The translations under genes and the position numbers were made by a program. A DNA stretch of 64,000 nucleotides, from the NCBI GenBank assembly GCA_965153285.1, contig OZ229111.1. One strand, given 5' to 3'. Below, one piece after another: positions 47,901 to 59,800 of this stretch. Within the stretch, counting starts at the first letter, position 1, and each line of letters opens with the position of its first letter. The notes under the pieces are model-generated. The model searched no databases. It worked only from the letters and a program-made list of their open reading frames with translations, and was not told the DNA's origin. Source of the DNA: Podarcis tiliguerta. Its lineage: Eukaryota.

Positions 47901-50900
47901 CACCTCCTTTAAAAATCCATATTAAGCACCTACTGTTTCTGTCCTTTTTCATGGTGAACAACATTTCAGATTTCAAAGGCCATGACAGAGTACAGTAAAT
48001 GGGCAGCGCCTACTCTTACATTCTCTAGAGAAGGGGTAGTTAGCATGATGCTCTTGAGGCGTTGTTGGACTACAACTCCCCCCATCCCTGACCATTGGCT
48101 ATGTTGCCTGTGCTGATGGAAGCTGCAATCCAACCTTGGAAGGCAACCCATTCTCTAGAGGCCCATTCATCTTTGACTTGGTTACCCTGTGACACCAATT
48201 GCCAGAGAGAGTAATTCTTAAGACTATTTATATCAAGCATTTAGAAATTAAAACTGCGCAAAACACTTTTTAAAAAGAGCAGGTGTGTCTGCTGCAGCAT
48301 TGCTGGGTACATTTAATCTGCCTTCTTTAAATTCTTGTCATCTGAACTGTTCCTGACACATTTCAATGCTGCAGTTTCCACAGTCTTGTGTTCCTCCTTA
48401 AAATGCAATGGAAGGAGGGGCTTCAATTCAGTTTCAGCAATAAAGGCATGACTAAATGTTGTCATTGCAAACACAGTGCCACCTAGTGAACACTGTTTAC
48501 ACTAGCAACACAGGTGCTACGAAAAGTTGGGACGATAATTAATTTTGGGGGTGTGGCTAGCCATTCACATAAAACACCTACTTTGAAACAACTGCAATGG
48601 CTGCTGATTATCTTCTGGGCCTTTATTGCTCTGTGACTGTAGGGTTGTTGCTGTATTTTATATTAATTTTGGTTTTCAAATGCATTTTTCACACCTCAGT
48701 GGAGGGCATATTTTAAAATGTTGCAAATAAACAAAAAACAAAATTAAATAAATAAACAGAAATAGTGATGTTTGGGGTTTAAATTACAAGAATCTCATAC
48801 ATACAATAAGGAGAAATCTCAAAGGCCAATCCTAATTGATTTGGCCCACATTTCTTGCCTTGTAAGGATACTTACAAGGCCACAGTTGGTGGCCACAGTT
48901 GGTGGCCTAAATGCAGTTTCACATATTTTAGAAAGTGCCAAAAGCAGATATGCAAGTGCCTCACACATATGCCTGTGTGTGCATTTCAGCAAATATACAC
49001 AAGCTCAACAGATACAGATGCACATGCAAGGAGCATTTGTATCTTCTCCTGGAATAATTCCAGCTGCCATGGAATAATTCAGTGGATCTCCAAGTCATTT
49101 GTGTATCTGTTTCTCCACACTGTCTGCAACATGAAACATTACCTTAAAATAAAACTGACTTATACAATAGGTTTGCTTTAAGAAAAATGGTTGACTTTAT
49201 TCTTCCTATGCGGATGGGGGTATGGGATGTGGAAAGAGAAGCAGGTTTCAGCAAGGACAAATGCTGCTTCCCAAGTAAGTATGGGAAGAAGGAATTCAGT
49301 CACCAGAAAAAGGAGGAAATAGCAAGCAATGATATCCTTAGAAGATAGGGGACGTTGCATGACACTGTACAATGGATTAGTCTTACATGGGGAAGGTTTT
49401 GCTATCCTTGCACATGACACGGCAATTTTTGTTTTGCAAAACTGGCTGCATAAAGTTAACCATCACCAGCTCTCTCACTTACTGAGCCAAGGTTGCTTGC
49501 TGCATTACTGCCATTATGTTTTCAAACAGTAATATTTTTATTCATTAAACATCACAGTCTATGCCTAGGAATACCGGATGGCACATAAATGTTATAATTC
49601 AATGAACTTTGCCATGACTGACTGAGCTTAAATTAGCAGAGCGTCTTGATTTGCAAGCACATCTTGAGCTTTGCCCTCTAGCAGAGCCTGTGACTGCATA
49701 TCAAATCAATGGCATATCCTGCTTCCAGCTGTTTTCATTTTCTAACCCTTGATATTCCATTGAGATTTCTTCTGATCTAGCCTGAAATATGTCACCTTAA
49801 AGTCCTCTCTAAAGTTTGGAACAGAACCTGCATGTAAGGTGCCGTCGTTTAGTCGTGTCCGACTCTTCGTGACCCCATGGAAGGTGTCAAGTCCCCTTAA
49901 AAACTACATATAAAGTAAGCAAAAAAGTTGCAGAGAGGCCAAATGAAGCTGGGCAAGAACAACACGAGAGCACACTTTTAGGAAGGAAGGCATTTCATTA
50001 ATAATGGAACTTTATTGCCTACCATCCATAGCAAACATACAAGGGAAACTACTTTTGTTATACAAGGGAAACTATTTTTGTTATTAATTTGTTATCACCA
50101 AGAGGGCCCCCTGCAACAAAATTGCAGTGGATCTCTGGTGTGTGTGCCTGAGGGGACAATTTAAGTAGTCACACCCCATCTTTTGCTTTAATGGGGAATT
50201 GGATAAATTAATGATGGGATGAAGTTAAACACAGCTACTAGTATTGTTGGCCTCCAGGACCAAAAATTGCATTCAACACCAGGAATGTGCTATTGTCCTC
50301 ACATCCTGCATGTGGACATACCATAAACATCTAGTTTGCCACTGTGCAGAACAGGATGGGTCTCTGGTCTGATTCAACAGGTCTGTTCCTATAATGCAGT
50401 CTCTAGTGCCCAGAAAAAAATAGCAGCATAAACCCAAGCCTACTCGGTACAGGTATAGTAGCTAAAACCAGACATGCAACTTCAACAAGCAAACATCAGT
50501 TTTTCTGATGTGCAGCATTGCAGACTGAAGCATTTTTACCACAGACTAAAACTGCTCCGTGGGCACCATGTGTAGCAGAAGGCAACCTATTGTACTGATG
50601 GTCAAGGAATAAACAGCAGAGAAGCCCAGAGGGTTAAAGAAACCAGCCAATGATGGAGGGTGGGGAGGATGTTGGCACATCTTCCCAAAAACAGTTAACA
50701 GGAGTTGTTTGTTACCAAACCAGTAACAGGCAAATTGAGTCAAAGCTGAAAACGTATTTGCAAAAGGCTTTCCAGATAAATCTCCTGTCGTAAGACAGAA
50801 TCATCCATTCACCAGCAGCTGCACACAGATTAAGACATGTACTTGCAGACCACTAAGTGCCACAAGCACAGAACAGGTGCACAAGCAAGGAAAGCCTAAG

Positions 50901-51206
50901 AACAGATACACTAAAAAGGTGCTGATCATGAAAGTTAGAGCTGGAAACAAAAAATAAAGACCCCTAAAGCTGCCTTCAAGTTTTGTCAAGAAACCACAAG
51001 CAAGATATCTCTGAGAACCACCGTTAACCCACATAATAAAACTGAAACAGTCCCACAAATTCATTCTGATACACAACTGAGTGTCACATTCCACCTCTTC
51101 CCACACTTTGTGGAGTATTCACAAATATGAACATTAGTACTTGCCTTGCTTCCTTTACGTTGCCTTGGATTTGCAGCTTTCACCACCTTGGCTGGGGTTG
51201 AATGCT
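26164..51206 (-). CDS. LARP1: La-related protein 1, 5'-partial, 18 coding exons (2813 nt); first exon not identified in the window
   Basis: Exons join in phase into one frame containing RG repeats, La motif ([23 protein letters not shown]), PAM2-like [14 protein letters not shown] and DM15 region (FQHPSHELL...[12 protein letters not shown]). Confidence 0.97.
26863..26930. repeat. Compound (GT)n(GA)n microsatellite
   Basis: Visible runs. Confidence 0.95.
28038..28165 (-). CDS. LARP1: LARP1 exon ([17 protein letters not shown]...EDFRVD), DM15
   Basis: AG/GT boundaries, 128 nt, phase 1 to 0. Confidence 0.96.
28716..28825 (-). CDS. LARP1: LARP1 exon ([19 protein letters not shown]...DYEA), DM15
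   Basis: AG/GT, 110 nt. Confidence 0.96.
29069..29213 (-). CDS. LARP1: LARP1 exon ([28 protein letters not shown]...EGYR), DM15
   Basis: AG/GT, 145 nt. Confidence 0.96.
29902..30271. mobile_element. Old Tigger-like MITE
   Basis: CAGTCAACTC...GAGTTGACTG termini with TA flanks. Confidence 0.7.
30376..30527 (-). CDS. LARP1: LARP1 exon (SSPSEGTP...[28 protein letters not shown])
   Basis: AG/GT, 152 nt. Confidence 0.96.
30818..30924 (-). CDS. LARP1: LARP1 exon ([14 protein letters not shown]...RTASIS)
   Basis: AG/GT, 107 nt. Confidence 0.94.
31062..31267 (-). CDS. LARP1: LARP1 exon ([12 protein letters not shown]...[15 protein letters not shown])
   Basis: AG/GT, 206 nt. Confidence 0.95.
31379..31497. 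mobile_element. Small hAT MITE
   Basis: CAGGGCTTTTTTT...AAAAATAGCACTG termini; perfect 8-bp TSD attatagt. Confidence 0.8.
32050..32173 (-). CDS. LARP1: LARP1 exon ([18 protein letters not shown]...PPRFQQ)
   Basis: AG/GT, 124 nt. Confidence 0.95.
34952..35305 (-). CDS. LARP1: LARP1 exon (KPEESK...[10 protein letters not shown]...[13 protein letters not shown]...SQIK)
   Basis: AG/GT, 354 nt, phase 0 to 0. Confidence 0.94.
35792..36520. mobile_element. Non-autonomous hAT element carrying captured host DNA (Pack-hAT)
   Basis: TIR CAGGGGTCGGCAAC...TTTGCTGACCCCTG; perfect TSD ttctagaa at 35784-35791 and 36521-36528; last ~80 nt shared with the hAT at 54856-55086. Confidence 0.92.
36042..36338 (+). 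pseudogene. SPR: Captured, decayed sepiapterin reductase exon 1 (SDR Rossmann-fold N-terminus) followed by its GTGAG donor
   Basis: Translates [83 protein letters not shown]..(frameshift)..[11 protein letters not shown]|gtgag, colinear with vertebrate SPR (GLGRAVCLLTGASRGFG...PGSVLVLSAR...LEAEL...PADL...LLLINNAG). Confidence 0.85.
36613..36782 (-). CDS. LARP1: LARP1 exon (ESAPGSPRS...[29 protein letters not shown])
   Basis: AG/GT, 170 nt. Confidence 0.95.
37120..38120 (-). mobile_element. Degraded L2-like LINE fragments interrupted by a hAT MITE (37741-37943)
   Basis: RT-proximal remnant VNASL...[16 protein letters not shown]; MITE termini CAGGTGTTCTTAACC / GGTTGGGAACTGCTG. Confidence 0.6.
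38690..38864 (-). CDS. LARP1: LARP1 exon ([12 protein letters not shown]...[22 protein letters not shown]); La motif end + PAM2-like
   Basis: AG/GT, 175 nt. Confidence 0.95.
39385..39529 (-). CDS. LARP1: LARP1 exon ([20 protein letters not shown]...LIIK); La motif
   Basis: AG/GT, 145 nt. Confidence 0.96.
40907..41069 (-). CDS. LARP1: LARP1 exon ([12 protein letters not shown]...[10 protein letters not shown])
   Basis: AG/GT, 163 nt. Confidence 0.95.
41688..41840 (-). CDS. LARP1: LARP1 exon (GWHLDNK...[10 protein letters not shown]...[17 protein letters not shown]); RG repeats
   Basis: AG/GT, 153 nt. Confidence 0.92.
42248..42379 (-). CDS. LARP1: LARP1 exon ([18 protein letters not shown]...SDSK)
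   Basis: AG/GT, 132 nt. Confidence 0.94.
42740..42914 (-). CDS. LARP1: LARP1 exon (QLPHKPQ...[13 protein letters not shown]...KKK)
   Basis: CAGCAG tandem acceptor, GT donor, 175 nt. Confidence 0.92.
43284..43420 (-). repeat. Short retroposon 3' remnant with (AAAACTACAT)-like tandem repeat
   Basis: AATAAAG followed by (ATCGT)-type tail on -; ~6 copies of a 10-13 nt unit. Confidence 0.5.
45860..46420 (+). mobile_element. Degraded L2 fragment
   Basis: Remnants of the LDYCN / [11 protein letters not shown] motifs seen in the 10.2 kb L2. Confidence 0.65.
47221..47479. mobile_element. Tc2-like MITE with internal 35-bp hairpin
   Basis: TIR CCGTATTTTT...AAAAATACGG, TA TSD; ends related to 12129-13137. 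Confidence 0.9.
47737..47802 (-). CDS. LARP1: LARP1 exon ([22 protein letters not shown])
   Basis: AG/GT, 66 nt, phase 0 to 0. Confidence 0.95.
49844..49880 (-). mobile_element. 37-bp RTE/BovB-type 3' tail insertion
   Basis: CCATGGGGTCACGAAGAGTCGGACACGACTAAACGAC on -; flanked by aaggtgcc / aaggtgtc. Confidence 0.75.
51145..51206 (-). CDS. LARP1: LARP1 exon ([21 protein letters not shown]) with GC donor
   Basis: actag| acceptor, AAG|gcaagt donor, 62 nt, phase 1 to 0. Confidence 0.92.
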
Positions 51207-51876
51207 CTAGTGAGAGGGAAGAAAAGCCAAAAAATTAATATGCTAAGTTGGTCACTGAAGCGGTTTTTAGTCCCTATTGTATCACTCCATGCAATCACAC
51301 TTAACATTCATCTACCTTCCAAGGAACGACCAGGTCAGACTCTAAGAAAATCAAGTCTCTCTTCCATAACTACTGGGAAGATTAGTAGATTGAAACATGG
51401 TATTCAAATTCAATATGTAGAGCCATGACTCTACTGAGATTCCCCCCCCCCCCTTCTTAACAGATTGCTCTAAGCACTCTGTACCCAGAAAACGCTCAGT
51501 GTTCCATCTGAGAGTAAATGGACAGCATTTATCTTCAAATGGTTCTCACCCACCCATAGGCAATACCTATGTTTTCAAGCCTGGCATGAAGAGGAGTTAT
51601 TACCAGCTAGAACTGGCTCCCAAAGCCAGGCTGTGAACCTGCTGTGTCCATTCACTGCAAAGGAAGGAAAATGCCAACTCTTGGGAGGAAGTAGGAGGTA
51701 CTGCCTACTACCCAGGAGTAGGCAGGAGTAGGCAGTGCTTCCTACTGTCTCTCAATTCTTTCTTCAGAGGAGCCTGCCCCCTAGTGGAGGGTGTGACAGA
51801 GCATCCCAGTAGCTGGACAATGCCAAATAGGGAGAATACCTTTCTTTCCCTAGTAAAATAATCCACGAGACCAATA

Positions 51877-52217
51877 CAGTGGTGCCTCGTAAGATGAACT
51901 GTTCCGCGAGTCTCTTCGTCTAGCGGTTTTTTCGTCTTGCGAAGCAACCCCATTAGCGGATTAGCGCTATTAGCGGTTTAGCGGCTATTAAAGGCTTAAG
52001 GGATTAGCGGATTAGCTGCTAAAAGGCTATTAGCAGCTTAGTGCCTTAGAAAAAGGGGGTGGGGAGCGGGGAAAAATCGCAGGAACTCGCAAGACATTTT
52101 CGTCTTGCGAAGCAAGCCCATAGGAAATTCATTTTGCGAAGCACCTCCAAAACGGAAAACCCTTTCGTCTAGCGGGTTTTCCGTCTTGCGAGGCATTCAT
52201 CTTGCGGGGCACCGCTG
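51877..52217. mobile_element. pogo/Tigger-like MITE (third copy of the 971-1326 family)
   Basis: Same TIR and body, TA TSD. Confidence 0.9.
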
Positions 52218-54855
52218 TAACTTAAATCCCCTAAAGTTGCTGAATACAACAGCAGCAGCAACAAAACGTATCAGAAGCAACTACCCATAAATCAAAATCT
52301 CAAAATAAGCAGGCTTCCCCACTAAAGCAGGGCAAAAGCTAGCTGCGTAGAAGCCAGAAAACAGCACGTTGCAGAGTACTCTCCCAAACTCTCCTGCCAG
52401 CTTCTATTACATTCCCTTACTATGGTTTTCCCAGTATTTGGGTTGTGTATGGGTCTTCAGAAATACATCCTTATACAGGGAGCATACAGTTTTGTTTTGT
52501 TCATCCAACGGGGGGGGGGGGGGGGGAAGGTTGGTAAGAAGCTTACTGTGGCCCAACACTTTTTTGTGGATCAGCAACCAATGCTGAGAAAGATTTTAGG
52601 CACAATGATACCAGAGTCTCTCCTGAACTTTGCTAGAAGCACAAAATCACCATTGCTGTAAGAATCCTAGTATGCAACATGCGCTAATGAAGGGATAGTG
52701 TATAGACTGCCAACATTATCCACAATATGCATCTCATGGACAGAAGGCAATTTTTTTAAGTGAAAAAAGGAATTCACTTCCAGGCTTTCCAAAAGCAGGG
52801 TGTCAGCTAAAAGATCTGAATTAGCATAGATACTTAATGCTACTAAAAATTACATTGTTGAGCAGAAATGCTTCTATTATTGTATGCATGAAATGAGACC
52901 ATAGATGAGGAACATCACTCCTGTGTTTCTTAGTGATTGGCTATGGCCCTGGAACTGGAAGCAGGGAAGGCAAATTTGAGAAGGGCATGCAAGTGGGGAG
53001 GCTGGCACTGGCTTTTTGTACAGTATCCTGATACCCTTCAAAGCACTCAAATTAAAGCCAGCTCTATTGCTATTCAGCACATCCAACCATAAAGGGGGTA
53101 TTTTTGCAAGGGTGTCTGTGTAGGGTGATTAAAATGTCCACATAGCAGATTTCAGCAACCCCTACCCCCATGTACACATGGGCTAGTCCCGCCAATTTTA
53201 AGCTGCAACAATTAAACTAAATCAGAAAAGACCAGTGCATGAAAAATAAATTGCTATTTTGACTTTGTACCATACAAAAGTCTCTGGTTACAGATCAGGA
53301 ACAGCTATATGCAGTACTGCTGCTGGGAGAATCTAGTGTAGAGGGAGAAAGAATGCTAAAACCCACAGCTGAACAATACCTTCACTGGAGCAATAAAAGT
53401 ACTGCCCAACTATGGATTTTGGAGGGCTTGTTTCTTACAGACCAACACTGCTACCATTGCTCATTTTTTCACTGCAGTGTTACTGTTCATTTAAAAGTTG
53501 TTTACAACATAAAACTTGACACTGCAGTAATTCTCGTGGCTTGGTTTTATACAAATTCAGCATATATAGCTTTTCCTTCCACGACATGTTTATGTGGATT
53601 TTCATAGGCAGCTAGGAAAATGCTACTCTACACATGAAGAAACAGTTATACTAATTAAAGTTCATTAACATTTCCACTGTCAATACTGTCTTCCTGCCAC
53701 GTGCGCCTGTTTCTAAACTATGTGATTATCTTTGAGGATTAAAGTACAGAACAAACCAATTCACCTCATGGATTACAGAAAAGGAGTTCATGATTGAAGG
53801 AAAATCTGCTTTCTGATCCCAAAGAACTCAGAACCCTGAAGGTTAACAAAGGAGCAAACCCCAAATTAACATGCCACAAAGTGACCTAGAGGAACAGCTA
53901 ATTTCCCTTAACAATGAAAAGGCTAACAGTCCCTGTTCAAAACAAGAAAAAGCAGAAGGCACTCAGAACCTGCCAGTCATTCTGCCAAACTATTTCACAA
54001 AAATGGAACGGGACACTGCCACACAAGACTCTGGATGATCCTAAATGATATAGTAACTTGCGGGGACTTATTCACAACAAGCTGAGGCAGCAAAAATTCA
54101 AACTTTTCTGGGTGGATGGAAAAATGTTCCAATGGTTGGTTTCCAAGGGTGGCCACTTCCAACAACACTGCTGAGGATCACTTTCTAGGAAGCGTTAAAA
54201 AAATATGGGCAAGTTTTCCTAGTCTGTTAAGAGCAATGTAGCACTTCTTCCCAAAAGCAGACTGAGCTTATGGGGCAATGACAGGAGCAATCAGCCATTC
54301 ACCCTCAAAAATCATATGAATTAAACAGTCTTCTGCTAAAGTGCATACAATCTTTAATATCACTTGGCTTAGTGAGATAAAGACTGTGATAGTCACAAGA
54401 ACCTATTGCTCCCTAGAGCTTTCTTTCCCCTTCCATCCATTCTGAACTTCCCCCCAAGGGAGGGGAGAGGAAAGCCATAGTTTGAAAACCACTGAGCTAA
54501 ACGTAAAACTACAACAACCTACAACACAACCTACAACGGTAGAAAAAGACTGCCATTCACCCCTCTGAACAGGTTTGAATTTGAAAAGAACCCAAGTAAA
54601 TAAGAAAGTCAAGGAACTTCTACCACATCAAAAGCCTAGCAACTTTTAATTATGACTTACTTTTTAATTTAGGGAATGATATTGCATTCACCAATTTTGT
54701 ATGGTTATGTAAATGTTGCATGATAACACTAGCAATAAGCAAAATCCAGTTTGCTCCTGTTTGGCATGCAACTCTCTGCTGAGATTCCAAGAACCAAATC
54801 CACTTAGTGTGGTAAAAGCCTATCAGGCACCACACTAGGAATTCATGCTGTAGCC

Positions 54856-55086
54856 CATGGGTAGGCAAACTAAGGCCCAATTGCTTTCTAAATCCAGCCC
54901 GCAGACAGTCCGGGAAACAGCATGTTTTTACATGAGTAGAATGTGTGCTTTTATTTAAAATGCATCTCTGGGTTATTTGTGGGGCATAGGAATTCGTTCA
55001 TTTTTTTCTTCAAAATATAGTCCGGCCCCCCACAAGGTCTGAGGTACAGTGGACTGGCCCCCTGCTGGAAAAGTTGTTGACCCCTG
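54856..55086. mobile_element. hAT MITE, cargo-free relative of the 35792-36520 element
   Basis: CATGGGTAGGCAAAC...GTTGTTGACCCCTG; TSD ctgtagcc/ctctagcc; shared 3' subterminal ~80 nt. Confidence 0.85.
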
Positions 55087-55093
55087 CTCTAGC

Positions 55094-55231
55094 CAGTGTT
55101 TCCCAACCCTGGATCTCAAGCTGTTTTTTGACTATAATTCCCATCATCCCTGACCACTGGTCTTGCTAACTAGGGATGATGGGAGTTGTAATCCAAAAAC
55201 GGTGGGAGACTCAAGGATGGGAAACACTCTG
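55094..55231. mobile_element. Palindromic hAT-type MITE abutting the previous element
   Basis: CAGTGTTTCCCAACC...GGATGGGAAACACT termini; ctctag on both flanks. Confidence 0.7.
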
Positions 55232-55745
55232 CTCTAGAGAAAAGAGCACATTATTGCTGGAGAACTCATAACTTTCATAACCACTTCATGCACTTGATTT
55301 CATCACTTGATTTCTGAAGCAGAGAACAATTTGCATGTGTGAATGAGCAATTGCATATACAAGCGTACAGGCAGAACTTTTAATATTGTTTTAAATCAGT
55401 GTAGATAATCAAAGTGTTAAGCGATCAAGTGATGCAAATGTCTGTGTGAGCCATTATGTGGGATTCTATTACCTAAAAAGAGTACACAGAGCTGTAACAA
55501 TTCGTCTCCAGTTACATTCCCTCAGGGGGAGCATGTTTAGGGCCACATGCCAGCAATGAGTAGAGCCAGAATAAATTTGCAATGCTGCAGGTTAACATCC
55601 TTTATTTGTGTTCCCATTTCCTCCATTTTTATATCTGGATCACACTTCGCACTTTACCTCTTCCAACAGCACAGGGTGGAAATATGCGCACCTGCATCAA
55701 TCCATTCATTTTGATTCCACCCATTTCCATCCCTGCCCCCCCCCA

Positions 55746-55782
<37 letters not shown>

Positions 55783-56689
55783 TCATGCTCCCCGAATCCT
55801 ACAGCTCACTGCAAGCCACAATGCATAAAACTAAGCGATTCCCTGAAGGGGCTGGCTGAAGACCAACATTGGTCTGCAACAGCTGTATCGTCAAATGAAA
55901 GTAGGCCAGGGGCTGGGAAAAACTGGTTCCCCACCACTACCTATATATTATAGTTTATGTTCATTTATATTGTGCTTGTTTATAACAAAGCACCTAAAAA
56001 CTTAAGGACTTCTTTACTACTGGTCCAATACTTTATCTTTACTACTTTTCTACTGGTCCAATAATTTCATGTTTTCATATCCCCACCAAGAAAGAGATGG
56101 TTCAGGTCCATCTTTTCCGCCGATGCTCTCCTAGAGTAGAAGCTTTGTGCAATGGTGGACTCCATTTCATTTCATTATATTTATACACCACTTGATTGTA
56201 AACAACACACACGCACACCCAAAATCCAAAGTGTGTTTTTTTTTTTACTATGCTTCTAGTTTCACTTTTAATTTAATTCTCAAATCATGATGTGCTGTTG
56301 ATGAAATGAGAGATTAGAGCATAAGGCAAAGGAGTAAAATTAGGCAGATGAGTGGAAGCAGCAGCTCTACCCTTAAGCTTCAAGGAAAAACAACTATCAT
56401 CTGGCAGAAACCATTCTATCAGGCTGCAGCAGAGGAAGAAAAGGGAAGCAGCTGAACTCCCACCAATTCTGCTGGAAGACCAGTTCTATTCGGTTTCTCC
56501 TCTTCCTTCAACTGTTTCTCCCCCAGTTTCTCATGGTAAGAACTACGTAACATTATAAAGAACTGATACCTGAGTTTGCTTGCTTTCCTATTCCCTCTCC
56601 ATCACTTCTTCCATTTGTATTGCATATTTTGGACTGTAAGCGAGAGGGGGCAGGAGCTGTCTCATCTTTGACTGATTGTTAAGGCTGCA

Positions 56690-56837
56690 TTACTATAGCT
56701 CAGTCGGTAGAGCATGAGACTCAATCTTAAGGTCATGAGTTCGAGTCCCACATTTGAAGAAAAAGATTACTGCATTGCAGGTGGTTGGACTAGATGACCC
56801 TTGTGGTCTCTTTAAACTCTACAATTCTATGATTCTA
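56690..56837 (+). mobile_element. tRNA(Lys-like)-headed SINE with CR1-type tail
   Basis: TAGCTCAGTCGGTAGAGCATGAGACT...GTTCGAGTCCC head; ...ACAATTCTATGATTCTA tail. Confidence 0.8.
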
Positions 56838-59800
56838 CTATCCCAACCCCACTCCACCCCACTCCTGTGAACAGCAGCGGGGCTTGATGGAGTAGCACAG
56901 CCACCTCCATAGCTCTGCTGCTTGCTCACACCAGCTAGGGCAGAAAGGGAGGGGTTAAGCTGATGTAGCAAAGAGGCCTGGATTGGGCCCGTTTCGGTGA
57001 CAGGGCAACAACAGAGCCTATTCAAGATCCAGCAGATCCTGTGCCAGTTTCTAATCACCCCCTTTGGGGGGTTTCCACTGGCTAGTGCTGCAGTATAGCT
57101 TGTGACTACTGTCCAGTTGCACTGGAGCCAGGCAATGCAAAGGTGGATAGACATTTCCACTCCATACAAACCCCTCCAGTATAGCAGATCAGTGGTTTGA
57201 ACTGTTCTGTAAATCACAGTTCTTTAAACAAATATAACCTAAAAGAAAACTTTTTAAAACCTGACATAATGGCATCCAGTAAAACAACCTACAGGTTATT
57301 AGTATCCTGCAACTGCTGTGTAGTGTAATTTTTTTTGCCATAGCTGTTTGGTTAGGTGTTGTGAAAGCCATATTGATAGCATTCACAGTGCTAGAATTCT
57401 CATGAATGTAATGTAATGGATTTCCGATTTGCAATGGTTAACAATTGTAAAAAAGAAAAAGAAAAAAGAAAAAACTTCTCTGCCACCCCATACCAGGATT
57501 TGTAGTAACTCCTCATGTAGATGTTTAGTGGTAAATGCAAATCATTCAAATGCAGTAGACAGCAGGCTCTCCCTTGAGCCATCTTTTTGCCTCTGGCTAC
57601 ACCTCAGCCAGTATGCTGCACCTGGCTCCAGGTGGTGGATTCTCAGGAATCCAGTTAACAGAATAGATTCTGAAAGTCTGAAGCCTGCCCACCTCTATTG
57701 TGAATTATTCTAAAGTTCTAACTTGCCATCAAAACAGCTCACAAAAAGCATCTATAGACCTTTTATCACCAGATGGCAGCATACTGTAAATGCACTACCA
57801 GCCCTTTCGGTCCTGCACTAACAAGGCAGATCTACTAAAAAAACACCAGTTCCAGAAAGATACAGAGGAGCGCTTATAAAAACCAGTCTGATGTTAGCAG
57901 CAAATGCATATTTAGCACACATGCATGAACAGACACACACACACACACTTTGAGCTAAAAGCAAGGGAAGGCAAATAATTTACATGCTCAAGGTCATATG
58001 CTCAAAGGATTTCACTCCCATTCTAATTCAAAGGGCACCTCCCCACACACACCTTTTAAAAATCAGCTAGGCTAGGTCACTGTGTCTTTTCAAATCAGGC
58101 TAGAGACGGAAAGACAGAGAAAGAAATAACAGCTTTTTGACAAATGTACCTCCTCACTTGCAGCATATTAAACTGGAAAACAACAATTCAGTGGGAAATC
58201 CAAAGGTTGACTGCCTTTCCAAAAACAGGCAAGTTAATCAATTAGCAGCTCTCTATATCTATAGGCTATATGCCGTATCAGAACCTTGCATTTGCCACTG
58301 TAGTCTAATCTGGAAGCACACACTCAAGGTAAGAGAAGCTGTTAACATAGGAAAGAGGGAGGAGGGAATGCAAGAGTGGGCTGGTTTTGGTCACTTCCGG
58401 AAGAGAGCTGCAACCCAGCTGAATGCCACGTTAGTCCTTCCACCTGTGCCTGTCTATCATGACCATAGGCAGGGACTGTATGACATTTCTTGGGAAAAGC
58501 TACATATTTTTCAGCTGTCACAATGCACCTCCATGAACACAAGATGCCGGCTTCTAACAACTATCCTCACCTGGGCAACTTCACAGAGCTATGCTCAAGT
58601 TCACCCAATAGCTACAGCAGCTTAACAAGTCAGCAGCAAAAAAGTAATTGAAAAAAGGGTATGTGGGTCAGACTTTCTTTATACTCAAAATGAATAGCAC
58701 CTCTTACAAGCAACGTCTCTCTTAAGCCAAGAAGCTTCACTGTCGAGAAGTTGTACCTCAAAACAGTGTTGCAGTATGGGAGTAACTGCCACACAAGTTA
58801 TTCAGGGAATGAACGCTAGCAAGCATTCAAAGAGGGGGCATCAGCCTAAAAGCATTACAACCTTGTCCTGAGAGAGAAAGCAGGTTTTTCCACAGAGCCT
58901 TAGCTCTGCCTCCCTGTGCATATACAGTCAGGCCTCTAATGAAAAGCTCGTTAACAGTTAATTATTACCTATTCAGATACATGATCTCAGCACAGACGAG
59001 CAGCCAAGGAAGGAGGAAAATGGTCACATGACCCAAATCTTGTTCTATGAAAGCAGAGTCAACTATATTTAGTGCTATAAATAATGCCTACATTCCCACC
59101 CTCAACCCTCCATGACAACCCAAAGAGGCCACCTATCTCTGTCCCACGGCAAAGGAAAGCCAATCCCCTCCCTCTTGTCAGATATCTTTCATCCCCTTCT
59201 GCCAAGGTAACTGGCCGGTGCCCAACTCTGCAGAGAATGGTGCACTCTGCATATGAGTGACAGGCTGCAATCCAGCAATACAGGGTGATCTGTTCTACTT
59301 CTTGGCCCATGCAAATGAGAGCAACAAGTTCTGCAGCAGCCACCGTGACAAGGAGAGCAAAAAGCGCAGAGGGGTTGGCAGCCGAATTCCAGAATCTAAT
59401 TTAAAATGCTTGTAGTTCCCTTCAGAGCCTCAGAGAGCCCGTGTGACCACTCTCCCTTTTGCAATGTAGTAGCAGTGCCTTGGCTGCTTGTCCAAGCACA
59501 GATCCTGTAGCAGAGGGACTCAGTTTTGATGCAGGTTCATTTTCTTCAGATAGATAGCATTCCATACCAGACACAATCCTACTTACTGCTGGAAAGTGAA
59601 AACTTAATACGCAAAGACAAACAGTTCCCATTCAGGAAGGGCACCTTAAAACTGTACAAAAATAAAGAACTCAAGCAGAAAAGCATAACTTACATTAGTC
59701 ACAGACAGATTTTTAAAATCCCATAACAGGGCCGTCCAAAGGTCAGCCATGCCTGGAAAGAAACAGAGATGAAACCCCTGGATGCATTATTACAACGTTC

